Shown here piece after piece: positions 55,282 to 64,000 of a stretch of DNA of 64,000 bases (position 1 is its first letter; each line of letters opens with the position of its first letter). Origin of the DNA: a virus (lineage: Duplodnaviria > Heunggongvirae > Uroviricota > Caudoviricetes). The DNA is taken from IMG/VR virus record IMGVR_UViG_2645727901_000008. One strand, given 5' to 3'. A program made the translations under genes and the position numbers. A model generated the notes under the pieces. It worked only from the letters and a program-made list of their open reading frames with translations, searched no databases and had not been told where the DNA came from.

Positions 55282-56964
55282 TTAATTGCTCATCACAAAT
55301 TTTGCAAAGTTTATTAACTGTTCTGGCGTCCAGTTTTCCGGATCGTCACCGGACGACAACGGCGCGGATTCGTACATACCATGCTCGTTGTTTTGCTCTG
55401 ATTCATTCGCCTTAAACTCTTTGATCATGGTGTTGAGAGTGTCATCGTCGATGTGCAACTGCTCAGTGAACAGATAACGCATAAACGCGTCGCTACCAGC
55501 CAGTTTCGGGTTGTTCTGGATCTGGTCCATAATTTGGGAGATGACAGCAACAAAGTTGGCGCGTGCATCCAGTTCTCGGTTTTCCTCTTCCTGGATAGCA
55601 GTGTTCATTGAGTTGAATTGCACGTCATAAGGGCGGTTTGTTTCGGTGTAAACCTTGCCGTATTTATAAGCGAGGTGAATGTCCAGAAGCCGATAAATAG
55701 TTCGCTGGGCGGCCTGTCTGATCCAGTTCGCACGCAATGCAGCCTGGATAGCAGTTTGCTGCCAGCCGCCTTCTCCAAGCCCTCCGCTCATCTGATCAGC
55801 CCAGCCAAGCATTGTTGCGTCAATGCCGAGGCTTGCAGCAAGCTGCCGGAGGTGAAACATAACGTCTTCGATACCACTGATATCTGCGGGTATGGATTGC
55901 GTATCAATGGTGATGCCGTTCTTCCCGTCTCCCATAACAGGTATCAGATGGTTAAGCACAGTCGGAATAGCGTTGGCATTAATCGACCTTTGCGCCACCA
56001 GGTCACTATGACGCTTCAATGCCTGGCTGACGCCACGCGTATAGTTCGCCGCATTAACCGGGTCCAGTGTGTTCGTCGTAAGAGCAATCAGGCGGTCAAT
56101 TTTGGCTGCATTATTTCGCGTTGATTTCAGCGCGGCGAGCGAAGCACATAAATTAAGGTAAGGTTCATAGCTGTATTCCAGGAATGAAGTTCCGTAATTC
56201 TGCGTCTCCATTAACGGCTTATCAGCCTGATCACTTAACAGTGAATACCCTTTTGTACCGTAGCTAACCGGAATAACCTTATGCTGCGGCGTCCAATACG
56301 GGTTTTTCATGGAAACAAGATTCCACGGTTCGGTTATTACCCTGCGCAAACTATGCGTATCCAGAATGTAATCACCACTAAAACCGACCAGCTGGCTACC
56401 GCGATAAAATTCCTGGACGAAGTGTGGAAGAGTGTAATAACTGGATTCAATGCCAGTTATCCCTCTGCCCTGTTCAGCATAAGGTCGGACATAAGACACC
56501 CCAAAGATCGCCATAATCATGGCCCATGAAGGAAGTCCGTCATTAATCATTGCCCCCAAATCAGCTGTTAACTCTTCACACCTACTTACCGCCTCGGCAT
56601 CGGAACCATCTTTTGGCGAAAGCATGAATGCCAGCCCGGTTTTCTTTGAAGGCGCAAGCGCATGTGCAATATGAATGTTTAAAGCCGTTGAGATAGTCGG
56701 GCTTTTAGCCATCGTTTCCAGGATGTTGTACTTTTGCAGGCGCTCGCCGGGCAGTTCAGCGGATAAAGAAATTGAATCTGCTGCACTCGTCATGCCATCG
56801 CTGTTGCTACCCAGGATGCCTGGACGTAAAGCGGACAGGCCGGAACGAGCAACGACACTATGCCCGCTCGTAAAAACGACCGGATCGGCGGGCGTAACAT
56901 CACCACCGTTGAAGGCTTTCTTCAATGCCGACAGAAAGCCTTTGTTTTTGTCTTTCGTTGCCAT
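55282..56964 (-). CDS. Portal protein-like (P1 Prt-like)
   Basis: 560-aa ORF at the head of a morphogenesis block; assignment by size and context. Confidence 0.55.
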   Translation of the reverse strand: MATKDKNKGFLSALKKAFNGGDVTPADPVVFTSGHSVVARSGLSALRPGILGSNSDGMTSAADSISLSAELPGERLQKYNILETMAKSPTISTALNIHIAHALAPSKKTGLAFMLSPKDGSDAEAVSRCEELTADLGAMINDGLPSWAMIMAIFGVSYVRPYAEQGRGITGIESSYYTLPHFVQEFYRGSQLVGFSGDYILDTHSLRRVITEPWNLVSMKNPYWTPQHKVIPVSYGTKGYSLLSDQADKPLMETQNYGTSFLEYSYEPYLNLCASLAALKSTRNNAAKIDRLIALTTNTLDPVNAANYTRGVSQALKRHSDLVAQRSINANAIPTVLNHLIPVMGDGKNGITIDTQSIPADISGIEDVMFHLRQLAASLGIDATMLGWADQMSGGLGEGGWQQTAIQAALRANWIRQAAQRTIYRLLDIHLAYKYGKVYTETNRPYDVQFNSMNTAIQEEENRELDARANFVAVISQIMDQIQNNPKLAGSDAFMRYLFTEQLHIDDDTLNTMIKEFKANESEQNNEHGMYESAPLSSGDDPENWTPEQLINFAKFVMSN

Positions 56965-57048
56965 GAATCACCGCGAATTGTTTCCAGTTTCGCGGCAGCA
57001 TAATCAGTATGTGATTTGATAGGAGAGTTTTATTGGTGCTGTTAATGA

Positions 57049-57381
57049 TTACTTACACGCTTCCCTGCCCACATAGTCAGCGATGGAACCACTTACAATC
57101 CCCCCCATTTTGGGATCAGGTTTTGAATTTTTCATCTGTTCAAGCGTCTCCCCAGAACCAAGATACTTCACTTCATTTGTCATGCAATTATATATTCTCT
57201 TCGAATATGCTGTCCCAGATGGGCCTTCCCTTTTTGTAATGATAGTTTTATATTCACCTTCACGACCAATATCCAGCACTGTATAAGTAGCTTTTGGATC
57301 AGAAGGGATTTTTATCTTATAGGGCGCAGCACAAACTGATGCAGAAGCTAATAAAGCACAAACCAGGATTATATTTCTCAT
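57049..57381 (-). CDS. Small secreted protein (AT-rich island)
   Basis: Signal peptide MRNIILVCALLASASVCAAP; AT-rich codons. Confidence 0.5.
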   Translation of the reverse strand: MRNIILVCALLASASVCAAPYKIKIPSDPKATYTVLDIGREGEYKTIITKREGPSGTAYSKRIYNCMTNEVKYLGSGETLEQMKNSKPDPKMGGIVSGSIADYVGREACK

Positions 57382-57425
57382 AACTATACTCCATGTTATA
57401 AATTATCAAAGCTAAGTAAGTAAAA

Positions 57426-57983
57426 CTAATCTGGATCAACAATAAGTTGTGAAACCTTCGCTGCAAGTCTTATATAGCGTTCAGCTTCATTTCTGGTGAT
57501 TTCAAAATCCAGAAAGTGCGCGGCTTCATTTCTTAGCGAGCGAAGCCGTTTTAACAGCAAAGCAGCGGAATCTTCAAGTTTTCCTTCTTGAATCAACCAG
57601 TCAATGAATAGTTCTGGATTCCGTTTCGGCTTTAACCCTCCCTGTATAAAACCAGAGCGCCCGGCAGCCTCCTCTACCATCAACCATGACTCCATAATAG
57701 CAGCTCTAGGTGAAAAATCAGCAATTCTCTCTAATTGTGCGATTTTATTTATATATTCAGAGTTATTATTACCATTGTTAATATTTTTATTCCCAACTGA
57801 TGCATCTGTTGCTAATACTTCTGCTGCGGTTAGTCCCGCATTAAACTCAGCTTCAGCTGCTCCAATCTTGAATCTACTCAGACGTACTATTAACTCCTTA
57901 ATATCAACCCCATACTTATTAACAAACCACACAAACACCAATGGCCATGCAAGAGCTGAAACCAAATCTGTAAATGATGACAT
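57426..57983 (-). CDS. Membrane-anchored protein with HEPN-like Rx4H motif (AT-rich island)
   Basis: N-terminal hydrophobic helix; C-terminal LRSLRNEAAHFLDF fits Rx4-6H. Confidence 0.45.
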   Translation of the reverse strand: MSSFTDLVSALAWPLVFVWFVNKYGVDIKELIVRLSRFKIGAAEAEFNAGLTAAEVLATDASVGNKNINNGNNNSEYINKIAQLERIADFSPRAAIMESWLMVEEAAGRSGFIQGGLKPKRNPELFIDWLIQEGKLEDSAALLLKRLRSLRNEAAHFLDFEITRNEAERYIRLAAKVSQLIVDPD

Positions 57984-58108
57984 CGGTTATCCTCATTCAT
58001 TATATTCTCAGCTAGTTTACATATTATTAAACAGGAACAAAAATGAATTATGCGCCCATCTTCAGATATGTTATGAACGCACAGAAAGAGCATTAAGTTA
58101 CATTGATG

Positions 58109-59485
58109 TTACCCAACAGAGGTTGACTCAAACATAGAAAAAATTAACCCTTTACCTTCGCCAAACTCAGTCTCAATTTCATCAGAAACGGCAGATAAAA
58201 TGCTACGCAGATCGACATCTCCGCCGCCGAACATATCGCCTAACGCTTGTTGTTGGTGAATAAGTTCATCGTTAATTTTTTGCGCCAGTTTCTTGAAAGC
58301 GGCCCCCATTCGCTTAGCGCTTCGGTTGTTGGCAACAATAAACAGAGCAAGCGCTTCTGCTTCCGGAGTGCTATCTCCAAACAATCCACGCTGTGCGATC
58401 ACCTCTTCTACTGCCTGACCGTTATCTTTTGCTTCACGAACAAGGTTAATTGCTTCCTGGAGTGCTGCTATCGCCTGTGTATCCAGGCCATTAACCTGCT
58501 CTATACCGTCCACTAAGCCTGTTACTGCGTCATGGTGAGCGTCGCCAGACAGCGACTGCATTTGCGCAAAATCGCTGGCTGCCGTATTTAATGCGGTCAG
58601 GATATTACGCATTTCCGGATCTGGCTCTTCCGACACTAGCCGAACAAGCCTTTCATCCTTGTACGCTTTGGCAAAAATTGCATTCTGGATGCGATCGATA
58701 AGCTGTTTCGTGGGACGCCCATCGGCAGTAAGCAAGCCTGCCGTCGCTGTATCGCCAATTTCGCGCAAAAACGCACGAATAAACGCATCATTGGACCGCG
58801 CCAGCAGATTTCCATCATCTGAAGGATTAAATAGCGCCATGACGCTCTCAGTGAGAAATTGCGCATCCGCATACGCTTTTTCACTTGCTGCCATCTCTTG
58901 CAGATCGCTAATGTTTGAATCGCGGGCAAATTGAGCGCGGTCTACATCTGTGAGTCTTTCTCGCACTAGTACGGGCATAGACATTTGCGAAATTTCGTCA
59001 GGATTCAGACCAAACTCTTTCGCATGGTCGATCAGGTACTGGCGATACTCATCCGCCTGTCCTTGCTCATAGGCACGCCAGATACCCATACTCCTTCCGT
59101 TGCCGGATTCAACAACGTTGTCCGGACCAACTATCGGCGCTCCGTGGCTGCTCATACCGGAATCCGTTAATTGTGCCGGGCGTAAATTGGAGGCAATACG
59201 GTTAACCTGGAGTTTGCTGGATAGCCGGGTACGATCTCGTGGTTGGAGTTCTTCCGGGAAGGCCGGGTTAATCATACCGTCAAGGTTGTTCGAAATGATC
59301 AGACTGCTGGCATCAACGACCTTAAAAGCCGTCTTTACCTCTGCACCTTTGCTGGTGACTACGTAGCTACTTCGCCCCAGGCGTGTTTCTTTCCTCTCTA
59401 ATGAAGAAACCAGAGCAATGACGCTGTTAATATCTGCGGCCTCGGAAAGCGCAGAAGTAACTGATTTGTTCAAAATACACTCCAA
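58109..59485 (-). CDS. Hypothetical virion-associated protein (458 aa), in the DarA-operon neighbourhood
   Basis: Long ORF downstream of the DarA-like gene. Confidence 0.45.
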   Translation of the reverse strand: MECILNKSVTSALSEAADINSVIALVSSLERKETRLGRSSYVVTSKGAEVKTAFKVVDASSLIISNNLDGMINPAFPEELQPRDRTRLSSKLQVNRIASNLRPAQLTDSGMSSHGAPIVGPDNVVESGNGRSMGIWRAYEQGQADEYRQYLIDHAKEFGLNPDEISQMSMPVLVRERLTDVDRAQFARDSNISDLQEMAASEKAYADAQFLTESVMALFNPSDDGNLLARSNDAFIRAFLREIGDTATAGLLTADGRPTKQLIDRIQNAIFAKAYKDERLVRLVSEEPDPEMRNILTALNTAASDFAQMQSLSGDAHHDAVTGLVDGIEQVNGLDTQAIAALQEAINLVREAKDNGQAVEEVIAQRGLFGDSTPEAEALALFIVANNRSAKRMGAAFKKLAQKINDELIHQQQALGDMFGGGDVDLRSILSAVSDEIETEFGEGKGLIFSMFESTSVG

Positions 59486-59567
59486 CTATAGAGAAAGCTG
59501 TGAGTGTAAAAAGAGTGTGATTTATGTGAGAACAGAGAAGTGAAAGGGGCATTTCGCCCCCTTTTGA

Positions 59568-59936
59568 TTACCCGGCATAACCGTTGGCTTTCACCCAGCT
59601 TATGGTCTGTTCTTTAGCCTGCTCCAACGTAAGGAACTCGCCAACATAGTTTGAGATCCCACGCAGCGCATCAATAAATTCCATTTGTGTGGACTTTGTG
59701 AACACACCGCCCAGGAAGTCAGTCACTATCTTAGGGACTTCATCTACAACAGGATCAGTCTGTTGTTGCGGTTCCGCTGCCGGTTGCGCGGCAGTCCCCA
59801 GGCCCAATTTCAGCATCACATCAACAATCTGCTTACCAATGGTGACGCGTTGCAATACTGGCGCAGTTTTCTGCGCCTGCATTAGATCTGATAGCTCTTT
59901 ACCTAATTTCAGGCGGTCTAAAACAGAGATGGTCAT
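59568..59936 (-). CDS. Hypothetical protein (122 aa) coupled to the DarA-like gene
   Basis: ORF start overlaps upstream stop. Confidence 0.45.
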   Translation of the reverse strand: MTISVLDRLKLGKELSDLMQAQKTAPVLQRVTIGKQIVDVMLKLGLGTAAQPAAEPQQQTDPVVDEVPKIVTDFLGGVFTKSTQMEFIDALRGISNYVGEFLTLEQAKEQTISWVKANGYAG

Positions 59937-61861
59937 TAAGCACCTCCCTGCTGAATTTCAGCCAGAATGTTGATCAGGTAGTCAACTGCTGCACCCACAG
60001 TGGCTTCGTTCTCGTCGTATCGACCTGCACTGATTAGAGCATTTGCTGCTTCCTGTACATGATCAAGTTCAGTACTGATGACCGTCAGATCGCGGGGTGT
60101 AAACTGCTCCGGAACGGATTTCAGGTACTCCAGCGCTTTATCTGCCTCCTGATCAGCTTCACTTGCTGATTCACCAGCTTCTTCTGGCTCCGGCTCCTGT
60201 TCTGTTGCTGGTTGTGGTTGTGATTCCGGATCAACCACATGCTCTGTTTTTACTTCGATTGAATGATTTTGAAGGGCGTTATACACGTCCATAATGAAAA
60301 GGTTCTCCCCATCACCAAGTGGATACGCCACGTTTGGAAACGCTTTGCGGAAAAGAATTTTCACTTGCGCCTTGAATGTTTTCAGGTCACTGCCAAACAG
60401 GTCTACATAGCCATCAATATGTTTCGACATGCTGGACACAACCAATTGGCCTGCAAAATCTTTCAGCTCATCTTCATCAGGAAGATAGAGCAACTCGTAC
60501 TGGCTGACTTCTTCATCTGTCAGTTTACGGTCATACGTAATGATACCGTGACGAGCATATTCGTAATACTGATCAGCCTGGTCAGGACGATCAATCACGG
60601 CTTTATTTCCATCCGGCACAGCACCAACACCAGCCGGGCGAGATTGAAGTGCATAGTGGTATTTACCTACATCCTGGCTCTCTTGTTGTGATACTGGGTT
60701 CGTCTCGGGGTCTGTCTGTGGTGGTTCGGAGTCTTCCTGCTGGCCTGGTAACACATCAACTTTATATTTATCTGCGTTATGCTCTCGGTAGGCTTTAAGT
60801 AATTTGGTTGCAGCATCTGCCAAACTGCCTCCTTTGACAGCACTGGCATCAATACTGAATTTACCTTCAGGTGCTACTATCGTAACGAAATTGTCACTGC
60901 CGGACGTGACATAATTAACTTCAGCGCCATTATCCAGCACTGTTTTTCCGTCAATGGCAAGATTATGTTTTACATGTCGCAGCTGGTCACTAAACGCTCG
61001 CTCTTTCGTTTTTTCACCTTTAGCAGACAACAATTTATCGCGTTTTGCTTGTAATTCCTCGTTGATGGCTTTCTGGGCATCAAGTTTTTTTTGCATCTCC
61101 GTAAGAGCAGCACGCTTTTCAGTCAGCCCACGTTGCGCAACTTCCACCTGATCAATCATTATTGACCGTTCTTCTGCCAGTTTATCTGCTTCATTGAGAT
61201 AACTCTCAATATCTGCCTTCATTTTGTCCTGGCGCTCTTTTGCTTTCTTAAATTTTTCGCTGTTACGCTCAATCAAATTAGATAGCGCCTGGCATACCTG
61301 GCTTAAAGAAACATCTCTCCCACCAATCGGGGCGACAACGTGAGTTACGTTACGTTTATTAAGTAAAAACTGAAATGCAACAAGCTCGTCGTTACTCTTT
61401 ATTTTTGCCCCGTCAGATGTTGGAGAGTGGAAAATTATGCTTGTACTCTGCCCGTCAGTAAGCGGTATCTGCGCGGTCAAAACAGGGATATTAGCTACCC
61501 GACGTACACGACCGATAATCGCACCACCAATACAATTACGTCCATTTTCATCGGCCCCGGCTTCATCAGTCCCTGCCATAATATTCGTACCATTCAGGCC
61601 ACGATTCAGCGCACGGACGAAAGCTCGCATTGTTTGAGCTAACCGAATTCTGGTTGTAGTTATGGACTCAAACATAGCTTCGTCAGACACAACCAGAATT
61701 TCATTGCCCATATAGGCAAGCTCAATATCTTCTAAGGTCGCCGCCTCAAAAATCAGGTCATCTTCGCTTAATTCTTCTGAAGACCAGCGACTTGGCATAT
61801 AGCCGGGGATCGTATCAGCAAAAGTAGACTGAATATTAATTCGTAAAGGATTGTTAATCAT
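59936..61861 (-). CDS. darA: DarA-like internal head / antirestriction protein (start at internal ATG 61861)
   Basis: About 641 aa from the internal start, matching P1 DarA size; follows the lydA-lydB-like pair; assignment partly positional. Confidence 0.5.
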   Translation of the reverse strand: MINNPLRINIQSTFADTIPGYMPSRWSSEELSEDDLIFEAATLEDIELAYMGNEILVVSDEAMFESITTTRIRLAQTMRAFVRALNRGLNGTNIMAGTDEAGADENGRNCIGGAIIGRVRRVANIPVLTAQIPLTDGQSTSIIFHSPTSDGAKIKSNDELVAFQFLLNKRNVTHVVAPIGGRDVSLSQVCQALSNLIERNSEKFKKAKERQDKMKADIESYLNEADKLAEERSIMIDQVEVAQRGLTEKRAALTEMQKKLDAQKAINEELQAKRDKLLSAKGEKTKERAFSDQLRHVKHNLAIDGKTVLDNGAEVNYVTSGSDNFVTIVAPEGKFSIDASAVKGGSLADAATKLLKAYREHNADKYKVDVLPGQQEDSEPPQTDPETNPVSQQESQDVGKYHYALQSRPAGVGAVPDGNKAVIDRPDQADQYYEYARHGIITYDRKLTDEEVSQYELLYLPDEDELKDFAGQLVVSSMSKHIDGYVDLFGSDLKTFKAQVKILFRKAFPNVAYPLGDGENLFIMDVYNALQNHSIEVKTEHVVDPESQPQPATEQEPEPEEAGESASEADQEADKALEYLKSVPEQFTPRDLTVISTELDHVQEAANALISAGRYDENEATVGAAVDYLINILAEIQQGGA

Positions 61862-62489
61862 GCTCATCCTCCAGGCGCGCGATTTCTTCTTTAAGAGCAC
61901 GTGTCTTAGCTACTTCCTGAGACAAGGCAGCTTTAACGTTACCCGTATCTTGCATTACTTTGTCTGACTTGCTCTGGAGTTTAGACAGTTTGTCGTTAGC
62001 ATTAGCGATATCTTCACGGAGTGCATCACGTGATTCTTTCGCTTCAGCTAATTTCTGAGCGTTAGATTTAACTCCCTGCCGCTTCTTATTTCCGTCATCA
62101 ATATTTTTTGCTGCACGAGCAAGTTTTCGAGCTAATGACTTCTGGAAAGAAGTTGCTCCGCGATTAAATAAAGCCGCAAGAGATTGCCCCAAAGCCGACA
62201 TTGTTTTTACTGGCTTGAACGGTACTGTTTTACCATTCAGTTTGATCCCAGATATATCACCGGTATCGTTAACCTGAACTTCCATTGTCTGTTCATCAAT
62301 ACCAATAAGGGTAAACGTGCGCGTCATGATCCCATCTTTCTTCCTGCCATTACTTGCAGGGATCACCCTCGCTATCTTGTAACCACCTTTGCTGATTTCT
62401 TTGACGAGTTTTGCCAGCCCCTTTTCGTTTAACTCATCATAATTAAGAAGAACATAATTATTCTTATTTGACATCCCAGTCTCCTTCAC
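61854..62489 (-). CDS. Hypothetical protein (211 aa), Hdf-like by position
   Basis: ORF between the lydB-like and DarA-like genes. Confidence 0.4.
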   Translation of the reverse strand: MKETGMSNKNNYVLLNYDELNEKGLAKLVKEISKGGYKIARVIPASNGRKKDGIMTRTFTLIGIDEQTMEVQVNDTGDISGIKLNGKTVPFKPVKTMSALGQSLAALFNRGATSFQKSLARKLARAAKNIDDGNKKRQGVKSNAQKLAEAKESRDALREDIANANDKLSKLQSKSDKVMQDTGNVKAALSQEVAKTRALKEEIARLEDEHD

Positions 62490-62910
62490 GCTTTTCGATC
62501 GTAAACTGGCGCTCTATGCAGTCATTGATAGGGAAAATGCGATAAAGCGGATTCAGTCGACAGTTACCGTTAGTCAATGTGACTTTCAGATCCCACTTCG
62601 TTGGCTCAAGATATTTCGTATCGATGAGCAAATACTCTTCTCTCTCACCGCGTTTTGAGGCGTCAACTGGTCGCGTTTTCCCTGAAATAACCACAGATGG
62701 ATTTTTCAGGTCTTGCAACCAATATTCGATTTGAGCATTGCTGACCCAGCTTCGCTTAACACGTAGCGAAACAGGAAATGCTATAGCGGATTCTTTCACT
62801 ACAGCGTCACCAATACTCAAAATCTCAACACTCTTGCGACGAAAAATGAAACGGTCAATGATGGCAACAAATGCCATGATAAAAATGAAATAATTTCCAA
62901 AGTTACCCAT
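62464..62910 (-). CDS. lydB: LydB-like antiholin (by size and position)
   Basis: 148 aa with N-terminal hydrophobic segment; coupled to the holin-like gene. Confidence 0.45.
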   Translation of the reverse strand: MGNFGNYFIFIMAFVAIIDRFIFRRKSVEILSIGDAVVKESAIAFPVSLRVKRSWVSNAQIEYWLQDLKNPSVVISGKTRPVDASKRGEREEYLLIDTKYLEPTKWDLKVTLTNGNCRLNPLYRIFPINDCIERQFTIEKREGDWDVK

Positions 62911-63236
62911 TATTTCTCTCCACCTTTTCCCCCATTCGCTATTACGCTTAAGAGATTCAAGACGTTACTAGCTCTGGACTTCAAGCCCTGTAAAATTTCA
63001 CTACCGTTGTTACTGGCAATCAGAACAACGCAGAAAATGATACCTTCAGGCCATTCTTGGCTAACCGCCACCCCATACCCCGCAAGCCCGGCTGTTACCG
63101 CAGTAAACAATTCACTCGCAAGATTGAGCAGGGACGCAGAAATGCGCCCGTCTCTAACTCCGAGAAGGAATACGCCGGTTCCACTTAGTAGGGATGTTAT
63201 GACTACTACAGCCAGATTTTCATAATCTGCAAACAT
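62910..63236 (-). CDS. lydA: LydA-like holin
   Basis: 108 aa with hydrophobic helices and charged C-terminus. Confidence 0.5.
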   Translation of the reverse strand: MFADYENLAVVVITSLLSGTGVFLLGVRDGRISASLLNLASELFTAVTAGLAGYGVAVSQEWPEGIIFCVVLIASNNGSEILQGLKSRASNVLNLLSVIANGGKGGEK

Positions 63237-63341
63237 ACCCCTCCAGAAATAACATCTAATGCGCCACTAACTTAGTCAGTTTGTTATTTCCTTACAGGAC
63301 ATCTTCTAGAATCTCCCCCCTTAACATACAAGGGGGGACAT

Positions 63342-63902
63342 ATGCTTATTGGATACATTCGCGTATCAACTAATGACCAAAACACCGCTTTACAACGAAA
63401 CGCCCTTGAAAGCGCAGGATGTGAGCTAATTTTTGAGGATAAGGCGAGCGGCAAAAAGGCTGAACGCCCAGGGTTAAAAAAGGTTCTGCGTATTCTTTCC
63501 AGAGGTGACACCCTGGTCGTATGGAAGTTAGATCGTCTTGGGCGCAGCATGCGTCACTTGGTTGTGCTGGTGGAAGAGCTGCGTGACAGAGGCATTAACT
63601 TCCGGAGTCTCACTGACTCCATCGACACCAGTACACCAATGGGGCGCTTTTTCTTTCACGTAATGGGGGCGCTGGCAGAAATGGAACGTGAGCTTATCAT
63701 TGAACGTACACGCGCTGGACTTGATGCAGCTCGCGCAGAAGGTCGTATAGGTGGGCGTCGGCCTAAATACCAAGAAGAAACATGGCAGCAAATGCGGCGA
63801 TTGCTGGAGAAGGGCATCCCTCGTAAGCAAGTTGCAATCATCTATGATGTGGCTGTTTCCACGCTTTATAAGAAGTTTCCGGCATCATCATTTCAATCCT
63901 AA
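63342..63902 (+). CDS. cin: Cin-like serine DNA invertase
   Basis: MLIGYIRVSTNDQNTALQRNALESAGCELIFEDK...VVWKLDRLGRSM...GINFRSLTDSIDTSTPMGRFFFHVMGALAEMERELIIERT matches Cin/Gin/Hin invertases. Confidence 0.85.
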   Translation: MLIGYIRVSTNDQNTALQRNALESAGCELIFEDKASGKKAERPGLKKVLRILSRGDTLVVWKLDRLGRSMRHLVVLVEELRDRGINFRSLTDSIDTSTPMGRFFFHVMGALAEMERELIIERTRAGLDAARAEGRIGGRRPKYQEETWQQMRRLLEKGIPRKQVAIIYDVAVSTLYKKFPASSFQS

Positions 63903-63919
63903 ACCTTGGTTTAAGAGAA
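63894..63919. other. cix/gix/hix-like crossover site CAATCCTAAACC-TT-GGTTTAAGAGAA overlapping the cin stop codon
   Basis: Core TAAACC-NN-GGTTTA resembles gix TAAACC-GA-GGTTTT; read from sequence. Confidence 0.5.
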
Positions 63920-64000
63920 CTCGGTACCAGCGGTGAAAAGATCCCCCTGTTGAGTACGGCTAACACATGGAGTGCGCGCCAGACTTTCAACGGCGGGATC

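Noticed and set aside
1-64000. CRISPR arrays, insertion sequences or transposase genes
   Set aside because: No regularly spaced direct repeats and no transposase-like ORF were seen; the direct repeats present are paralogous gene segments.

Overview
This window reads as a segment of a P1/D6-like plasmid prophage (punavirus-type myovirus) from an enterobacterium. All calls are made by eye from the six-frame translations and the DNA; no database search or folding was run. Recognisable P1-type modules are: a Dam-like plus C5-like methyltransferase pair and rdgC (1-2162); a higBA toxin-antitoxin pair (5557-6222); ref (15568-16146); a long run of small plus-strand genes including a lambda-type Ser/Thr phosphatase, Ead/Ea22-like paralogs and hot (16419-26345); SOS-boxed humD with phd-doc (26421-27523); dUTPase; a Cre-family recombinase next to a 32-bp site one base different from the rox site as I recall it (Dre/rox-like, 30494-31705); the lpa-pacA-pacB packaging block (32970-36231); a minus-strand tRNA cluster (37762-39612); a 2279-aa DarB-like methyltransferase-helicase (44055-50894); two icd/antirepressor-like modules; portal, lydA/lydB and DarA-like genes; and a Cin-like invertase with a cix-like site at the window edge. 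The strongest candidate for an undescribed system is a visibly AT-rich, hairpin-insulated, translationally coupled three-gene cassette (10950-12942) encoding a small protein, an HExxH zincin and a dCTP-deaminase-fold (Dcd-like) protein. Other leads are a membrane-anchored HEPN-like gene island (57049-57983), an AT-rich membrane/coiled-coil gene beside higBA (6285-7022), three DUF2829 (Tad2-like) domains, a dispersed TGTTAGAAA/TTTCTAACA motif that looks like a repressor-operator network, and a 1.2-kb hairpin-rich noncoding stretch after the tRNAs. Gene starts are approximate because the ORF track counts GTG/TTG as start codons.
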